Assembly (NCBI GenBank): GCA_049969495.1
Contig: JBMFOT010000004.1
Coordinates: forward strand, 11,906 to 75,905
From: Armatimonadota bacterium
GTDB taxonomy: Bacteria; Armatimonadota; HRBIN16
DNA: 64,000 bases
Direction of reading: 5' to 3'
Below, in pieces: positions 55,640 to 64,000 of this stretch. Below the pieces are notes generated by a model. That model saw nothing but the letters and a program-made list of their open reading frames with translations, made no database searches and was not told the DNA's origin. How positions within the stretch are numbered: position 1 is the first letter of the stretch; each line of letters begins with the position of its first letter. The translations under genes and the position numbers were made by a program.

Positions 55640-56017
55640 ATGAGAGAACAGCCCGAGGAATCGGTCTCGCGACGAGAGCTGCGTCGGCAGGTATTCCGCT
55701 GGATACGCATCCATCAGGTGTACTTGCTTCCCAATGGGCACCGCTGGCGCACAAAGACGCTGTATCGCCGCCGGACCATGAAAGAGCAACAACCGGTGGA
55801 GGTGCGGTACCTGTGTGCGCTGCATCCGCATATCGAGCTGGCGTTCCTGCAGCATCCAGTTGACTACACCCTGCCCGGTGTGATTCGCTTCCCACACCCG
55901 GAGCGCCCCGGTCGCTTCCTGATACTGTTTTGCCCGGAGTGTTGCGGTGCAGGTTATCACAGCCTGAGCTTCCCAATGCCGGCCCCGGCTTCAGAGCCGC
56001 CTCCTTCCAGCAAGTAG
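55640..56017 (+). CDS. hypothetical protein
   Basis: SD GGGAGG 6 nt before ATG 55640. 125 aa. Contains CPECCG. Confidence 0.35.
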   Translation: MREQPEESVSRRELRRQVFRWIRIHQVYLLPNGHRWRTKTLYRRRTMKEQQPVEVRYLCALHPHIELAFLQHPVDYTLPGVIRFPHPERPGRFLILFCPECCGAGYHSLSFPMPAPASEPPPSSK

Positions 56018-56077
56018 GAACCTGTCTGCCATATGGTGAAGTTACTGAAAGGCATTCACCGCAATGAGGAGGTTAAC

Positions 56078-57745
56078 ATGCCGTTACCTATTCGCGATGT
56101 GGCGAAGTACTTGGGACTGCTCGACGAAGAGCTGATATTGTACGGGGAACACAAAGCCAAAATTCGCTTGAGTGCACTGGAAAGGCTGGCATCCCGCCCG
56201 CAGGGAAAGATCATCATAGTAACCGCCATTACCCCAACGCCTGCAGGCGAAGGCAAAACGGTTACCACTATCGGGCTTGGCGACGCCTTGCGCCGGATTG
56301 GAGAGCGAGCGACGGTGTGTATCCGAGAGCCCTCGTTGGGACCTGTTTTTGGAGTTAAGGGAGGCGGTACGGGTGGGGGCAAGGCGCAAGCATATCCGGC
56401 GGATGACATTAACCTCCACTTCACCGGCGATATCCACGCGGTGACGGCAGCCCACAACTTGCTGGCTGCCATGATAGAGGCACATATTCATCATGGTAAC
56501 TCTGCGGGTTTCGATGCGCATGGTGTGTGGTGGAACCGTGTACTGGACGTGCCGGACCGCTCCCTGCGCAAAGTGATTACCGGTCTTGGTGGAAAATCCA
56601 ATGGTGTGCCGCGCGAGACAGGCTTCGAGATTACCGCTGCCTCCGAGATAATGGCAGTTCTCTCGTTAAGTACCAGCTGGCATGACCTGCGCCGACGACT
56701 GGGGCAGATTGTGGTAGGGGTTACTCGTGACGGTAGCCCCATCACGGCGGAAGATATCGGTGCTGCAGGCGCGATGAGCGTGCTGATGCGCGATGCGCTC
56801 ATGCCGAACCTCGTGCAGACGCTGGAGGGGGTACCTCTGCTGATACACGCAGGACCGTTTGGCAATATCGCCACAGGATGCAACTCCGTGCTCGCGGATA
56901 GAATCGCTCTCCAGACCAGCGACTATGTGGTAACAGAGGCGGGTTTTGGAGCGGACCTGGGCTTTGAGAAGTTCTGTCATATCGTGTCGCCTGTTCTGGG
57001 CAAGGCTCCCGACGTAGCAGTGCTGGTGGCGACCGTGCGCGCGCTAAAGGTGCATAGCGGGAAGTTTAAGGTAACCTCAGGCAAACCACTTCCCGCCGAA
57101 CTGGACAAAGAAGACCTGAATGCCCTGGAGCAGGGTGCAGAGAATCTGAAGGCTCACATCGACATTGTGCATCGGCTGGGGGTTCCGGTGGTGGTAGCCA
57201 TCAACCGGTTTCCTGCTGATACAGAGGCGGAGGTAGACCTGCTGGGCAAGCTCGCGCTTGCTGCTGGAGCGGATAGCGTAGCGGTATCGCAAAGCTTCGC
57301 GCACGGTGCAGAGGGAGGTATTGCTCTGGCAGAAGCGGTGCGCGACATCTGCAGGCAAAGCACAAGCCAGTTTCAACCGTTGTATCCCGATAACGCTCCA
57401 CTGACACAGAAGATAGAGACCATTGCCCAACAGGTTTACGGTGCAGGCGACGTGCATTATGAAGCAGGCGTGCGGTCGCAACTGAAGCAGTTCGAGAAGT
57501 GGGGTTTTCGTCATCTACCTGTCTGCTTCGCCAAGACGCAGTTCTCGCTGTCGCATGACCCGAACCTGAAAGGTACTCCACGCGATTTCACCCTGCCGGT
57601 CACGGAGGCACAGCTGGCTTCAGGAGCGGGTTTTGTCCGCGTGCTGTGTGGGGAGATAATGACCATGCCGGGGCTGCCTGCTGAGCCGGCTGCCAAGCGG
57701 ATGGACGTTGACGAATGTGGACGCATTACCGGCATGTCCTGGTAG
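56078..57745 (+). CDS. fhs: formate--tetrahydrofolate ligase
   Basis: TPAGEGKTT P-loop and typical FTHFS motifs throughout. SD GAGGAGG. Confidence 0.9.
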   Translation: MPLPIRDVAKYLGLLDEELILYGEHKAKIRLSALERLASRPQGKIIIVTAITPTPAGEGKTVTTIGLGDALRRIGERATVCIREPSLGPVFGVKGGGTGGGKAQAYPADDINLHFTGDIHAVTAAHNLLAAMIEAHIHHGNSAGFDAHGVWWNRVLDVPDRSLRKVITGLGGKSNGVPRETGFEITAASEIMAVLSLSTSWHDLRRRLGQIVVGVTRDGSPITAEDIGAAGAMSVLMRDALMPNLVQTLEGVPLLIHAGPFGNIATGCNSVLADRIALQTSDYVVTEAGFGADLGFEKFCHIVSPVLGKAPDVAVLVATVRALKVHSGKFKVTSGKPLPAELDKEDLNALEQGAENLKAHIDIVHRLGVPVVVAINRFPADTEAEVDLLGKLALAAGADSVAVSQSFAHGAEGGIALAEAVRDICRQSTSQFQPLYPDNAPLTQKIETIAQQVYGAGDVHYEAGVRSQLKQFEKWGFRHLPVCFAKTQFSLSHDPNLKGTPRDFTLPVTEAQLASGAGFVRVLCGEIMTMPGLPAEPAAKRMDVDECGRITGMSW

Positions 57746-57757
57746 TGCACGGCTCGA

Positions 57758-58609
57758 TTACCGCACGATGGTTTCGATAATCCGGGAGAGGTCGTCCAGA
57801 TCGTAAAAATGGATTTCGATGGTGCCCCTGCCGTTAGAGTGGCGTATTTGCACCCGCGTAGCGAGCGTGTTGCGCAACCTGTCCTCCAGCGCAAGTATGT
57901 GGGGGTCCGGGTCGGATGTTTCACGTGAAACAGGAGAGACAGCGGGGGAAAGTTGGCGGCTCGCCGCGCGAGCCGCACGCTCTGTTTCCCTCACGCTCCA
58001 GCCCGACCGCACAGCGCGGTGATACATTTCCCGTCTTGCATCCTCCGGTGCCATCAACAATGCGCGAGCGTGTCCCTCTGAGATTTTGCCCTCTCTTAAC
58101 CCGTTCAGTATCTCTGTATCCAGCGTGAGAAGCCGAAGCGTGTTTGCGACTGCCGTGCGGCTCTTTCCGACCTTTTGGGCTACCTCTTCTTGCGTCATTC
58201 CAAACCGCTCCATTAAGGTGCGATACGCTATCGCCTCGTCGACCGCGTTGATGTCCTCACGCTGCACGTTCTCAACCAGCGCCAGCTCCAGCCGTTCCTC
58301 GTCACTCACCTGCCGTACAATAGCAGGCACTGTAGAAAGCCCCGCAACACGAGCCGCTCGCCAACGCCTCTCCCCTGCGATAAGCTGATATCTGCCGTCC
58401 GGCAACGGCTGGATGATGACCGGCTGAAGTACGCCGTGCTCGCGGATCGACGCAGCAAGATCCTCAATACCCTCTTCGTCTACACCCCGACGAGGCTGAT
58501 CCGGATTTGGCACGATAGCGGAAAGGGGAACCTCCATCACCCCTTCGCTTGCTTCCTCTGCTGCCGAGATGAGCGCAGATAGCCCCCTACCCAATCCTCT
58601 GCGAGTCAT
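57758..58609 (-). CDS. parB: chromosome partitioning protein ParB
   Basis: GLGRGL, LIAGERRWRAA, and HTH plus C-terminal dimerisation region. Confidence 0.85.
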   Translation of the reverse strand: MTRRGLGRGLSALISAAEEASEGVMEVPLSAIVPNPDQPRRGVDEEGIEDLAASIREHGVLQPVIIQPLPDGRYQLIAGERRWRAARVAGLSTVPAIVRQVSDEERLELALVENVQREDINAVDEAIAYRTLMERFGMTQEEVAQKVGKSRTAVANTLRLLTLDTEILNGLREGKISEGHARALLMAPEDARREMYHRAVRSGWSVRETERAARAASRQLSPAVSPVSRETSDPDPHILALEDRLRNTLATRVQIRHSNGRGTIEIHFYDLDDLSRIIETIVR

Positions 58610-59363
58610 GACTCATCACCTCCAGAGCGAACTGTCGGTACGCCTCAGCACCGCGCGATTTCGGGTCGTAGAGCACGACAGGCATCCCGAAACTCGGCGC
58701 TTCGCTTAACCGTACATTGCGCGGTATGACCACCGCTGAAACGATCTCTCCAAAAAAGCCCCTGACCTCGTCCTCTACCTGCTGGGCCAACCGCAAACGG
58801 GGGTCTTTCATGGTCAATAACACGTGCGCTATGCGTAGGCCGGGATTCAACCGACGGCGCACCAGGTCCACCGTGCGCATCAGCTGCGTAATGCCCTCCA
58901 GCGCATAGTACTCGCATTGAATGGGCACAATGGCTTTATCACACGCGGTCAGACAGTTCACCGTCAACAATCCCAATGAGGGAGGGGTGTCAATGAAGAT
59001 ATAAGCATACCTCTCTTTCAACGGCTCTAAAGCGCTCTTGAGCACGTGCTCGCGGCTGATGCGGGTCATCAGCTCAATCTCCGCGCCAGCAAGGTCAAGC
59101 GTCGACGGTACGACATCCAACCCCTGCACTGAGGTGCGCAAGACAACCTCTTCCAGAGGCAGGTCATCTACAAGTACCTGATAGATACTGCGGGAAAGCT
59201 TGCCCTTTTCTATGCCCACTCCGCTGGTCGCGTTTCCTTGAGGGTCCGCGTCCACCAGAAGAACCCGTTGTCCGGTCAGCGCAATCGCGGCTGCAACGTT
59301 CACTGCTGTAGTGGTTTTCCCCACCCCGCCTTTCTGGTTGACAACGGCATACACTGTGCCCAT
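58587..59363 (-). CDS. parA: chromosome partitioning ATPase ParA/Soj
   Basis: Deviant Walker A KGGVGKTT. Full ParA pattern. Confidence 0.9.
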   Translation of the reverse strand: MGTVYAVVNQKGGVGKTTTAVNVAAAIALTGQRVLLVDADPQGNATSGVGIEKGKLSRSIYQVLVDDLPLEEVVLRTSVQGLDVVPSTLDLAGAEIELMTRISREHVLKSALEPLKERYAYIFIDTPPSLGLLTVNCLTACDKAIVPIQCEYYALEGITQLMRTVDLVRRRLNPGLRIAHVLLTMKDPRLRLAQQVEDEVRGFFGEIVSAVVIPRNVRLSEAPSFGMPVVLYDPKSRGAEAYRQFALEVMSHDSQRIG

Positions 59364-59422
59364 CAGTGCATCGCCTCCTTGCCTTTCGGCTTCAACGCAC
59401 CCCGCGCCGATTCCTGCTCCAA

Positions 59423-59451
59423 TTGACTTTTGCTTCCCATGTTGCTACACT
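59423..59451 (+). promoter_or_regulatory. sigma70-like promoter upstream of the EPS locus
   Basis: TTGACT-N17-TACACT about 30 nt upstream of SD GGAGG and GTG 59484. Confidence 0.35.
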
Positions 59452-59483
59452 GAAAGCAATCGCTCAGGAGGTTCTATCGCTCT

Positions 59484-61691
59484 GTGTATCGCGAGCACAG
59501 TGTGCTGGTTCATCTGGCGGACATCCTTCGACGACGGCGCGTATATATTGCTTCATGCTTCGCGCTGGTGTTGTTGGGCACTGCACTCATTACTTTTACC
59601 ATGAGCCCTGTATATCGGGCGAAAGCCATCGTGCAAATTGAACAGCCTTCCGGTTTTGTGTTGCGAACAGATGTATTTGGTGCTGGCTTTACGCGCACCG
59701 TACCTCAGGAACAGGCGGAAATGCTGGATACCTACCCTTATAAGTCGCTGGTGGATGCGATAGTGATTATTTCTGAAAAAGAGGGCATTTTATTGTCTGA
59801 ATATAAAACTCCAGAGAATATACGAACGCTTTTTGAACATATTCTCTGTAAAACGACAGACTCTCCCGATGTAGAAGGATGTATCCTGACGCGCGCAGCA
59901 CAAATCGAAGGGCGCAACCCCCGCGTGCCCAAAGAGGAGGAGGACTTCGAACAAGACATTCAGGGGCGATTAATAGAAGATACCGGCTTGATCGAGCTGT
60001 TCGCAGAGGCGCGTTCGCCACGTCGCGCTCAAGATGCAGCGAATGCTGCTGCTCTGGCGGTCGCCTGGCAAAACGAGCGTCTGCGCAAAGAGGAAGCACG
60101 CAACACCGTCCGTTTCATTCGCAACCAACTGGAAGCGCCCGGAGGAGTAAAACAACAGCTGGCTGAAGCAGACGAAAAGCTGGCATCTTTTCAGCGAGAA
60201 AAGGCTTTTCTGGATGCGAACGAGCAGATACGTGCGCTGATGCAACAGGTGGTGGAGCTGAACAACCGGCAATGGCAGGGCAACCTGCGCTTGACAGACC
60301 TGCGCACGCGCCTCGCCGCGACGCGCCAGCGGCTGGGACTGGAACCCTCTACCCTGGTCTCGCCCACCATCTATGAAAACCCGACGGTGCAGGAAATCAA
60401 AAAGCAGCTGGTAACCGCAGAAGCCGACCTGCTGGCGTTGCAGGCTCAATTTACTGATGAGCACCCTCGTGTTCAGGCCGCTCTCGCCCGCGTCGAGTCG
60501 TTACGAGAGCGGCTCCGACAGGAAGCTGCGCGCATTGAGAGCGTGCAACGTTTGCCGAACCCTGTCCACCAGGAGTTATACAAAAACGTCGCATTGCTCT
60601 CCGCAGATATTGTAGGGCAGGAAGCACAGATGAGAGCGCTGGAAGAAGCCCTGCGTCGTATCCGTCAGCAAATGTTGGCGGTACCGGAAGTGGAAAAGCA
60701 ATTCACCCAGCTCCTGCGCCAGCGACAGGCACTGGAAAAACGTTATCTCTTCCTGATGGAACGGTTGCAAGAGGCGGAACTGACGCAGGCAGTTAAGCTG
60801 GGCAACGCGCGCGTGGTGGAGCTGGCGCAACTGCCCGGTAAACGGGTCAAGCCACGGCGTATCCTGAATATGCTGATGGGCACGATACTGGGGGCACTGC
60901 TGGCTATCGGCTTTGCGCTGCTGCTGGAACAGATAGACCGTCGTGTGCCGTCGGCTCAGCAGGCTTCAGAATGGCTTAACGCGCCGTTGCTCGGCAGCAT
61001 TCCCGCCCTGCGCGACGGGGCAGAGTCCCCTGTTCTGAATCAACCGGCTGCCGTAGAAGCGTTTCGCCATCTGCGCACTACCCTCCGCCTGTCATCACAA
61101 GGTCGCCCTCTCCGTGCTCTTATGGTTACTTCTCCTTCCCCGGGCGATGGAAAGACTTTTGTATCCAGACACCTGTCGGTCAGCATAGCGCAGTCCGGGC
61201 GACGTGTGCTTCTGATAGACGCCGACCTGCGCCTGCCCATGCAGCATCGCTTTGAGAGCATACCGCCGTCGCCCGGGTTGACCAACATCCTTCTCGGAGA
61301 GAGCGGGGCGGAGGAGTGCCTTCGCCATACCAGCGTGGACAACCTCTGGTTATTACCGGCGGGCGATGTGCCTCCGAACCCCACCGAACTGCTGGAAAGC
61401 GCAAAGATGCAGGAGATCTTGGCGCAGTTGAGGGAACGGTACGACATGCTTATTATGGACGTACCGCCCGTGGGTATGTTCGCTGACGCACGTGTGCTCG
61501 CACTTCACAACGACGCTATCCTGATGGTGCTTCAGCCGGGAGCCACTCTGCGCGATGCGGCGCTCCACGCAGTGGAGACCATCCATACTTTGTCGGAAGC
61601 AAGATTTCTGGGTATCGTGGCGAACAGAGTACCTGTCCCAACCAACAGGTACGGACCCTACTATCCCTCTGCAAGGAGGCATGGCTCGTGA
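59484..61691 (+). CDS. polysaccharide co-polymerase / tyrosine autokinase (Wzc/GumC/EpsG-like)
   Basis: N-terminal Wzz domain with TM. Long coiled-coil. Second TM. C-terminal P-loop kinase (SPSPGDGKTFVS, Walker B LLIDAD, DxD). Confidence 0.8.
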   Translation: MYREHSVLVHLADILRRRRVYIASCFALVLLGTALITFTMSPVYRAKAIVQIEQPSGFVLRTDVFGAGFTRTVPQEQAEMLDTYPYKSLVDAIVIISEKEGILLSEYKTPENIRTLFEHILCKTTDSPDVEGCILTRAAQIEGRNPRVPKEEEDFEQDIQGRLIEDTGLIELFAEARSPRRAQDAANAAALAVAWQNERLRKEEARNTVRFIRNQLEAPGGVKQQLAEADEKLASFQREKAFLDANEQIRALMQQVVELNNRQWQGNLRLTDLRTRLAATRQRLGLEPSTLVSPTIYENPTVQEIKKQLVTAEADLLALQAQFTDEHPRVQAALARVESLRERLRQEAARIESVQRLPNPVHQELYKNVALLSADIVGQEAQMRALEEALRRIRQQMLAVPEVEKQFTQLLRQRQALEKRYLFLMERLQEAELTQAVKLGNARVVELAQLPGKRVKPRRILNMLMGTILGALLAIGFALLLEQIDRRVPSAQQASEWLNAPLLGSIPALRDGAESPVLNQPAAVEAFRHLRTTLRLSSQGRPLRALMVTSPSPGDGKTFVSRHLSVSIAQSGRRVLLIDADLRLPMQHRFESIPPSPGLTNILLGESGAEECLRHTSVDNLWLLPAGDVPPNPTELLESAKMQEILAQLRERYDMLIMDVPPVGMFADARVLALHNDAILMVLQPGATLRDAALHAVETIHTLSEARFLGIVANRVPVPTNRYGPYYPSARRHGS

Positions 61692-62752
61692 AAGGGCTGA
61701 TACTCAGCGGTGGCAAAGGCACTCGCCTGCGCCCGATTACCTACACCGGCGCGAAGCAGCTCATCCCCATCGCCAACAAGCCGGTGCTGTTCTACGGCAT
61801 CGAAGCGATACGCGATGCAGGCATTACCGACGTGGGCATTATCGTGGGCGATACGCGCGAAGAGATTATGCAGGCGGTGGGCGACGGCAGCCGATGGGGC
61901 ATTCACGTCACCTATATCCACCAGCCGGAGCCGCTCGGGCTGGCGCACGCGGTCAAAATCGCGCAGGATTTTCTCGGTAACGAGCCATTTGTGATGTATC
62001 TGGGCGATAACCTCGTCAAAGAGGGCATCACCCCCTTCGTGCGCGAGTTCGAGCAGATGCGTCCTCACGCGCAGATACTGCTGGCACATGTGCCCAACCC
62101 GCAGGAGTTCGGCGTGGCGGTGCTGGAGGGTGACAGGGTGGTGCGCCTCGTCGAAAAGCCCAAACAGCCTCCTTCCGACCTCGCGCTGGTGGGCGTGTAC
62201 ATGTTCGACGAACATATCTTCGAAGCGGTCAACGCCATCCGCCCCTCCGCGCGGGGAGAACTGGAAATCACCGACGCCATCCAGTATCTCATCGACCACG
62301 GCTATCAGGTGCGCTCGCACATCATCAGCGGATGGTGGAAGGACACGGGCAACCTCGATGCCATTCTGGAAGCGAACCGCATCCTGCTGGAAGACATCGG
62401 GCGCGACATCCGCGCCGAAGTGGACGCCACATCGCGCCTGCACGGACGGGTCTCTATCGGCGAAGGCACGCGCGTGGTGCACAGTGTGATTCGCGGTCCC
62501 GTTGTCATCGGTGCGAACTGCCTCATCGAAAACGCCTATGTCGGTCCCTTCACCTCCATCGCCGACGGAGTGCACATCGTCGCCAGCGAGATAGAGCACA
62601 GCGTAATACTGGAAGGTTGCCGCATCCTGAACGTTGGCTCGCGTGTGGAGGATAGCCTGCTGGGGCGCAACGTCACCGTCTGCCGTGACGAGGGCAAGCC
62701 GCGCGCGGTGCGGCTCATGCTGGGAGATAATAGTCAGGTCAATCTGCTGTGA
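61688..62752 (+). CDS. sugar-1-phosphate nucleotidyltransferase, long-form (RmlA-like N-domain plus C-terminal left-handed beta-helix)
   Basis: GLILSGGKGTRLRPIT. Hexapeptide repeats in the C-terminus. GTGA start/stop overlap. Confidence 0.75.
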   Translation: MKGLILSGGKGTRLRPITYTGAKQLIPIANKPVLFYGIEAIRDAGITDVGIIVGDTREEIMQAVGDGSRWGIHVTYIHQPEPLGLAHAVKIAQDFLGNEPFVMYLGDNLVKEGITPFVREFEQMRPHAQILLAHVPNPQEFGVAVLEGDRVVRLVEKPKQPPSDLALVGVYMFDEHIFEAVNAIRPSARGELEITDAIQYLIDHGYQVRSHIISGWWKDTGNLDAILEANRILLEDIGRDIRAEVDATSRLHGRVSIGEGTRVVHSVIRGPVVIGANCLIENAYVGPFTSIADGVHIVASEIEHSVILEGCRILNVGSRVEDSLLGRNVTVCRDEGKPRAVRLMLGDNSQVNLL

Positions 62753-63969
62753 AGAGCTGGCAGTTCACCACCCGCTGGTTGCTCAGTTCACAGTTCGCTG
62801 CCCGCGTGCTGGGGCTGGTGAACAACGTGTTGCTGGCGCGATGGCTCGCCCCCGCCTCGTACGGCGATTTCACGCAGGCGATGGCAATTGCCGGGTCGCT
62901 GGCTCCCCTTGCCGATATGGGCGTTTCTGCCATTATCACCCGACACACCGCACGCCGTCCCCATGCCTTTTTCGTGCTAAGCGCAGCCATCGGCTTGCGA
63001 GTGGTGCAGGCATCTCTGCTGTTGGGCGTGGCGATGCTGGCAGCGTGGTGGGTGTACCATGCGCCCTCCCTCAAGGTCGCTCTCGCGCTGGCAGGGGCAT
63101 ACTGGGCGACAGCCTGTGTTCACCAGCTGCTCGCAGGGGTGGCGCGGGCGCGAATGCAGGCGCATCTCGAAACGCGAGCGGTTGTGCTGGAGCGCGTGAC
63201 CACCGTGCTACTGGCGGCAGGGGGGGCTTTGTGGCTTGGCTTGAGCGGAGCGTTGCTGGGAGTGTTGGCTGGCGGCACGCTGGCACTGATATTCTATCTC
63301 CGCCACCTCCCTCTTCCCCGGGCACGGGTGCGCCGACTCACATGGAAAATGTTGCTTGCACTCGGTGCGCCGCTGGCAATTGCCGATGTGTGTCACGGAC
63401 TTATCATGCGACTGGACATCCTCGCCGTTGGGATGCGATACGGGTCGCAAAGCGTCGGTTGGTACGGCAGCGCTAGCACCCTGCTCTGGGCGAGCAATCT
63501 GGTAGCGGGCTCGATGTCGCTGGCGATGGTTCCCGTCGCTGCCTCGCAGGGGAGAGGAGCACATGGGGTCGCCTTGCGAGTGCTTCGGTGGATGCTGGCG
63601 GTCGCGGTACTGCTGACACTGGTGCTGAGCGGTGGAGCGAGGTTCTGGATTAGCCTGCTGTATGGAGCAGAATACGCCCCCGCCTCTGACGCTTTAAGGG
63701 TGTTGGCATGGTGTTTGGTTCCTGCGTCGGTAGTGGCTTGGGGGAACGCGGTGTTGCTGGTATGCCACCGAACAGCATGGGTGGGGGTGGTAGCCGTTGG
63801 GGGGCTGGCGTGTCTTGCGCTTTGCCTGTGGTGGTGGCTCCCACACGGTCTGTTGGGAGCGTGCTACGCCCAGCTAGCCACGCAGTGCAGTATGGCAGGG
63901 TGGCTGTGGTGGTGGATACGAAAAAATAGCCCAGCGGTGAAACTTCGCCCGCCCAAATCGGTCATATAA
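62749..63969 (+). CDS. MOP-superfamily polysaccharide flippase (Wzx-like)
   Basis: 12 or more TM helices, Arg/Trp-rich. Polysaccharide biosynthesis protein pattern. GTGA overlap with the upstream gene. Confidence 0.7.
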   Translation: MKSWQFTTRWLLSSQFAARVLGLVNNVLLARWLAPASYGDFTQAMAIAGSLAPLADMGVSAIITRHTARRPHAFFVLSAAIGLRVVQASLLLGVAMLAAWWVYHAPSLKVALALAGAYWATACVHQLLAGVARARMQAHLETRAVVLERVTTVLLAAGGALWLGLSGALLGVLAGGTLALIFYLRHLPLPRARVRRLTWKMLLALGAPLAIADVCHGLIMRLDILAVGMRYGSQSVGWYGSASTLLWASNLVAGSMSLAMVPVAASQGRGAHGVALRVLRWMLAVAVLLTLVLSGGARFWISLLYGAEYAPASDALRVLAWCLVPASVVAWGNAVLLVCHRTAWVGVVAVGGLACLALCLWWWLPHGLLGACYAQLATQCSMAGWLWWWIRKNSPAVKLRPPKSVI

Positions 63970-64000
63970 AGAGGATTTGAAACAGACTGATGCGGGGAGG

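Noticed and set aside
55458-55976. 172-aa minus-strand ORF and the 5' part of the 273-aa plus ORF (55196..55639)
   Set aside because: The minus ORF is antisense to the SD-supported small gene at 55640 and runs through the dnaK promoter. The plus ORF 5' part is antisense to dnaK.
1-64000. tRNA, rRNA, tmRNA, RNase P, SRP RNA
   Set aside because: Scanned intergenic regions for T-loop (GTTCGAATC-like) and other hallmark motifs. None found. This cannot be excluded without a covariance-model search.

Overview
64 kb window of high-GC (about 60-65% GC) bacterial chromosome. Gene density is high, operons are tightly packed, and many neighbouring genes overlap start-to-stop as ATGA or GTGA. No rRNA, tRNA, CRISPR array, transposase or integrase was recognised. 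Several features suggest an Armatimonadota/Planctomycetota-like Gram-negative lineage. These are a prepilin-like DUF1559-type protein, a PEP-CTERM protein, HAF repeats, C-terminal dockerin modules and an LptD-like protein. This lineage guess is inference only.

Conserved housekeeping blocks:
- nusA-ylxR-infB-DUF503-rbfA-nrnA-truB-ribF operon on the minus strand, 37.6-44.5 kb
- sdhC-sdhA-sdhB, 28.5-31.9 kb
- ispH
- dnaK-hsp20-dnaJ-hspR heat-shock operon with a HAIR operator embedded in a consensus sigma70 promoter
- fhs
- parA-parB
- gmhB plus an LptD-like gene

Accessory content:
- a polyprenol-phosphate GT2 plus GT-C glycosyltransferase pair
- a CelD-like GNAT, an M48 peptidase and a GT2 operon
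- a Mu-like phage head-morphogenesis module (gpI-like protease/scaffold, DUF2190, gpT major capsid, connector-like small genes) at 9.0-13.8 kb. It is bounded by low-GC segments and REP-like palindromes. A gp29-like portal gene lies 3 kb away from it. No terminase, tail, transposase or integrase genes are present in the window.
- two unrelated secreted proteins (HAF-repeat and lectin-like) that share a near-identical C-terminal CarboxypepD_reg-like plus dockerin module
- an orphan ABC ATPase with an uncharacterised C-terminal fusion domain
- a GH78 rhamnosidase operon
- an HD-GYP response regulator preceded by an array of GCTCAGCATGACA boxes
- a secreted protein with three Zn-ribbon repeats
- a candidate metal/envelope-stress module (Met-rich secreted protein, ECF sigma, zf-HC2 anti-sigma, NfeD)
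- the 5' part of an EPS locus (Wzc-like, long RmlA-like, Wzx-like)

Gene starts were refined by Shine-Dalgarno position where it was clear. All functional calls rest on motif and family recognition by eye, not on database searches.
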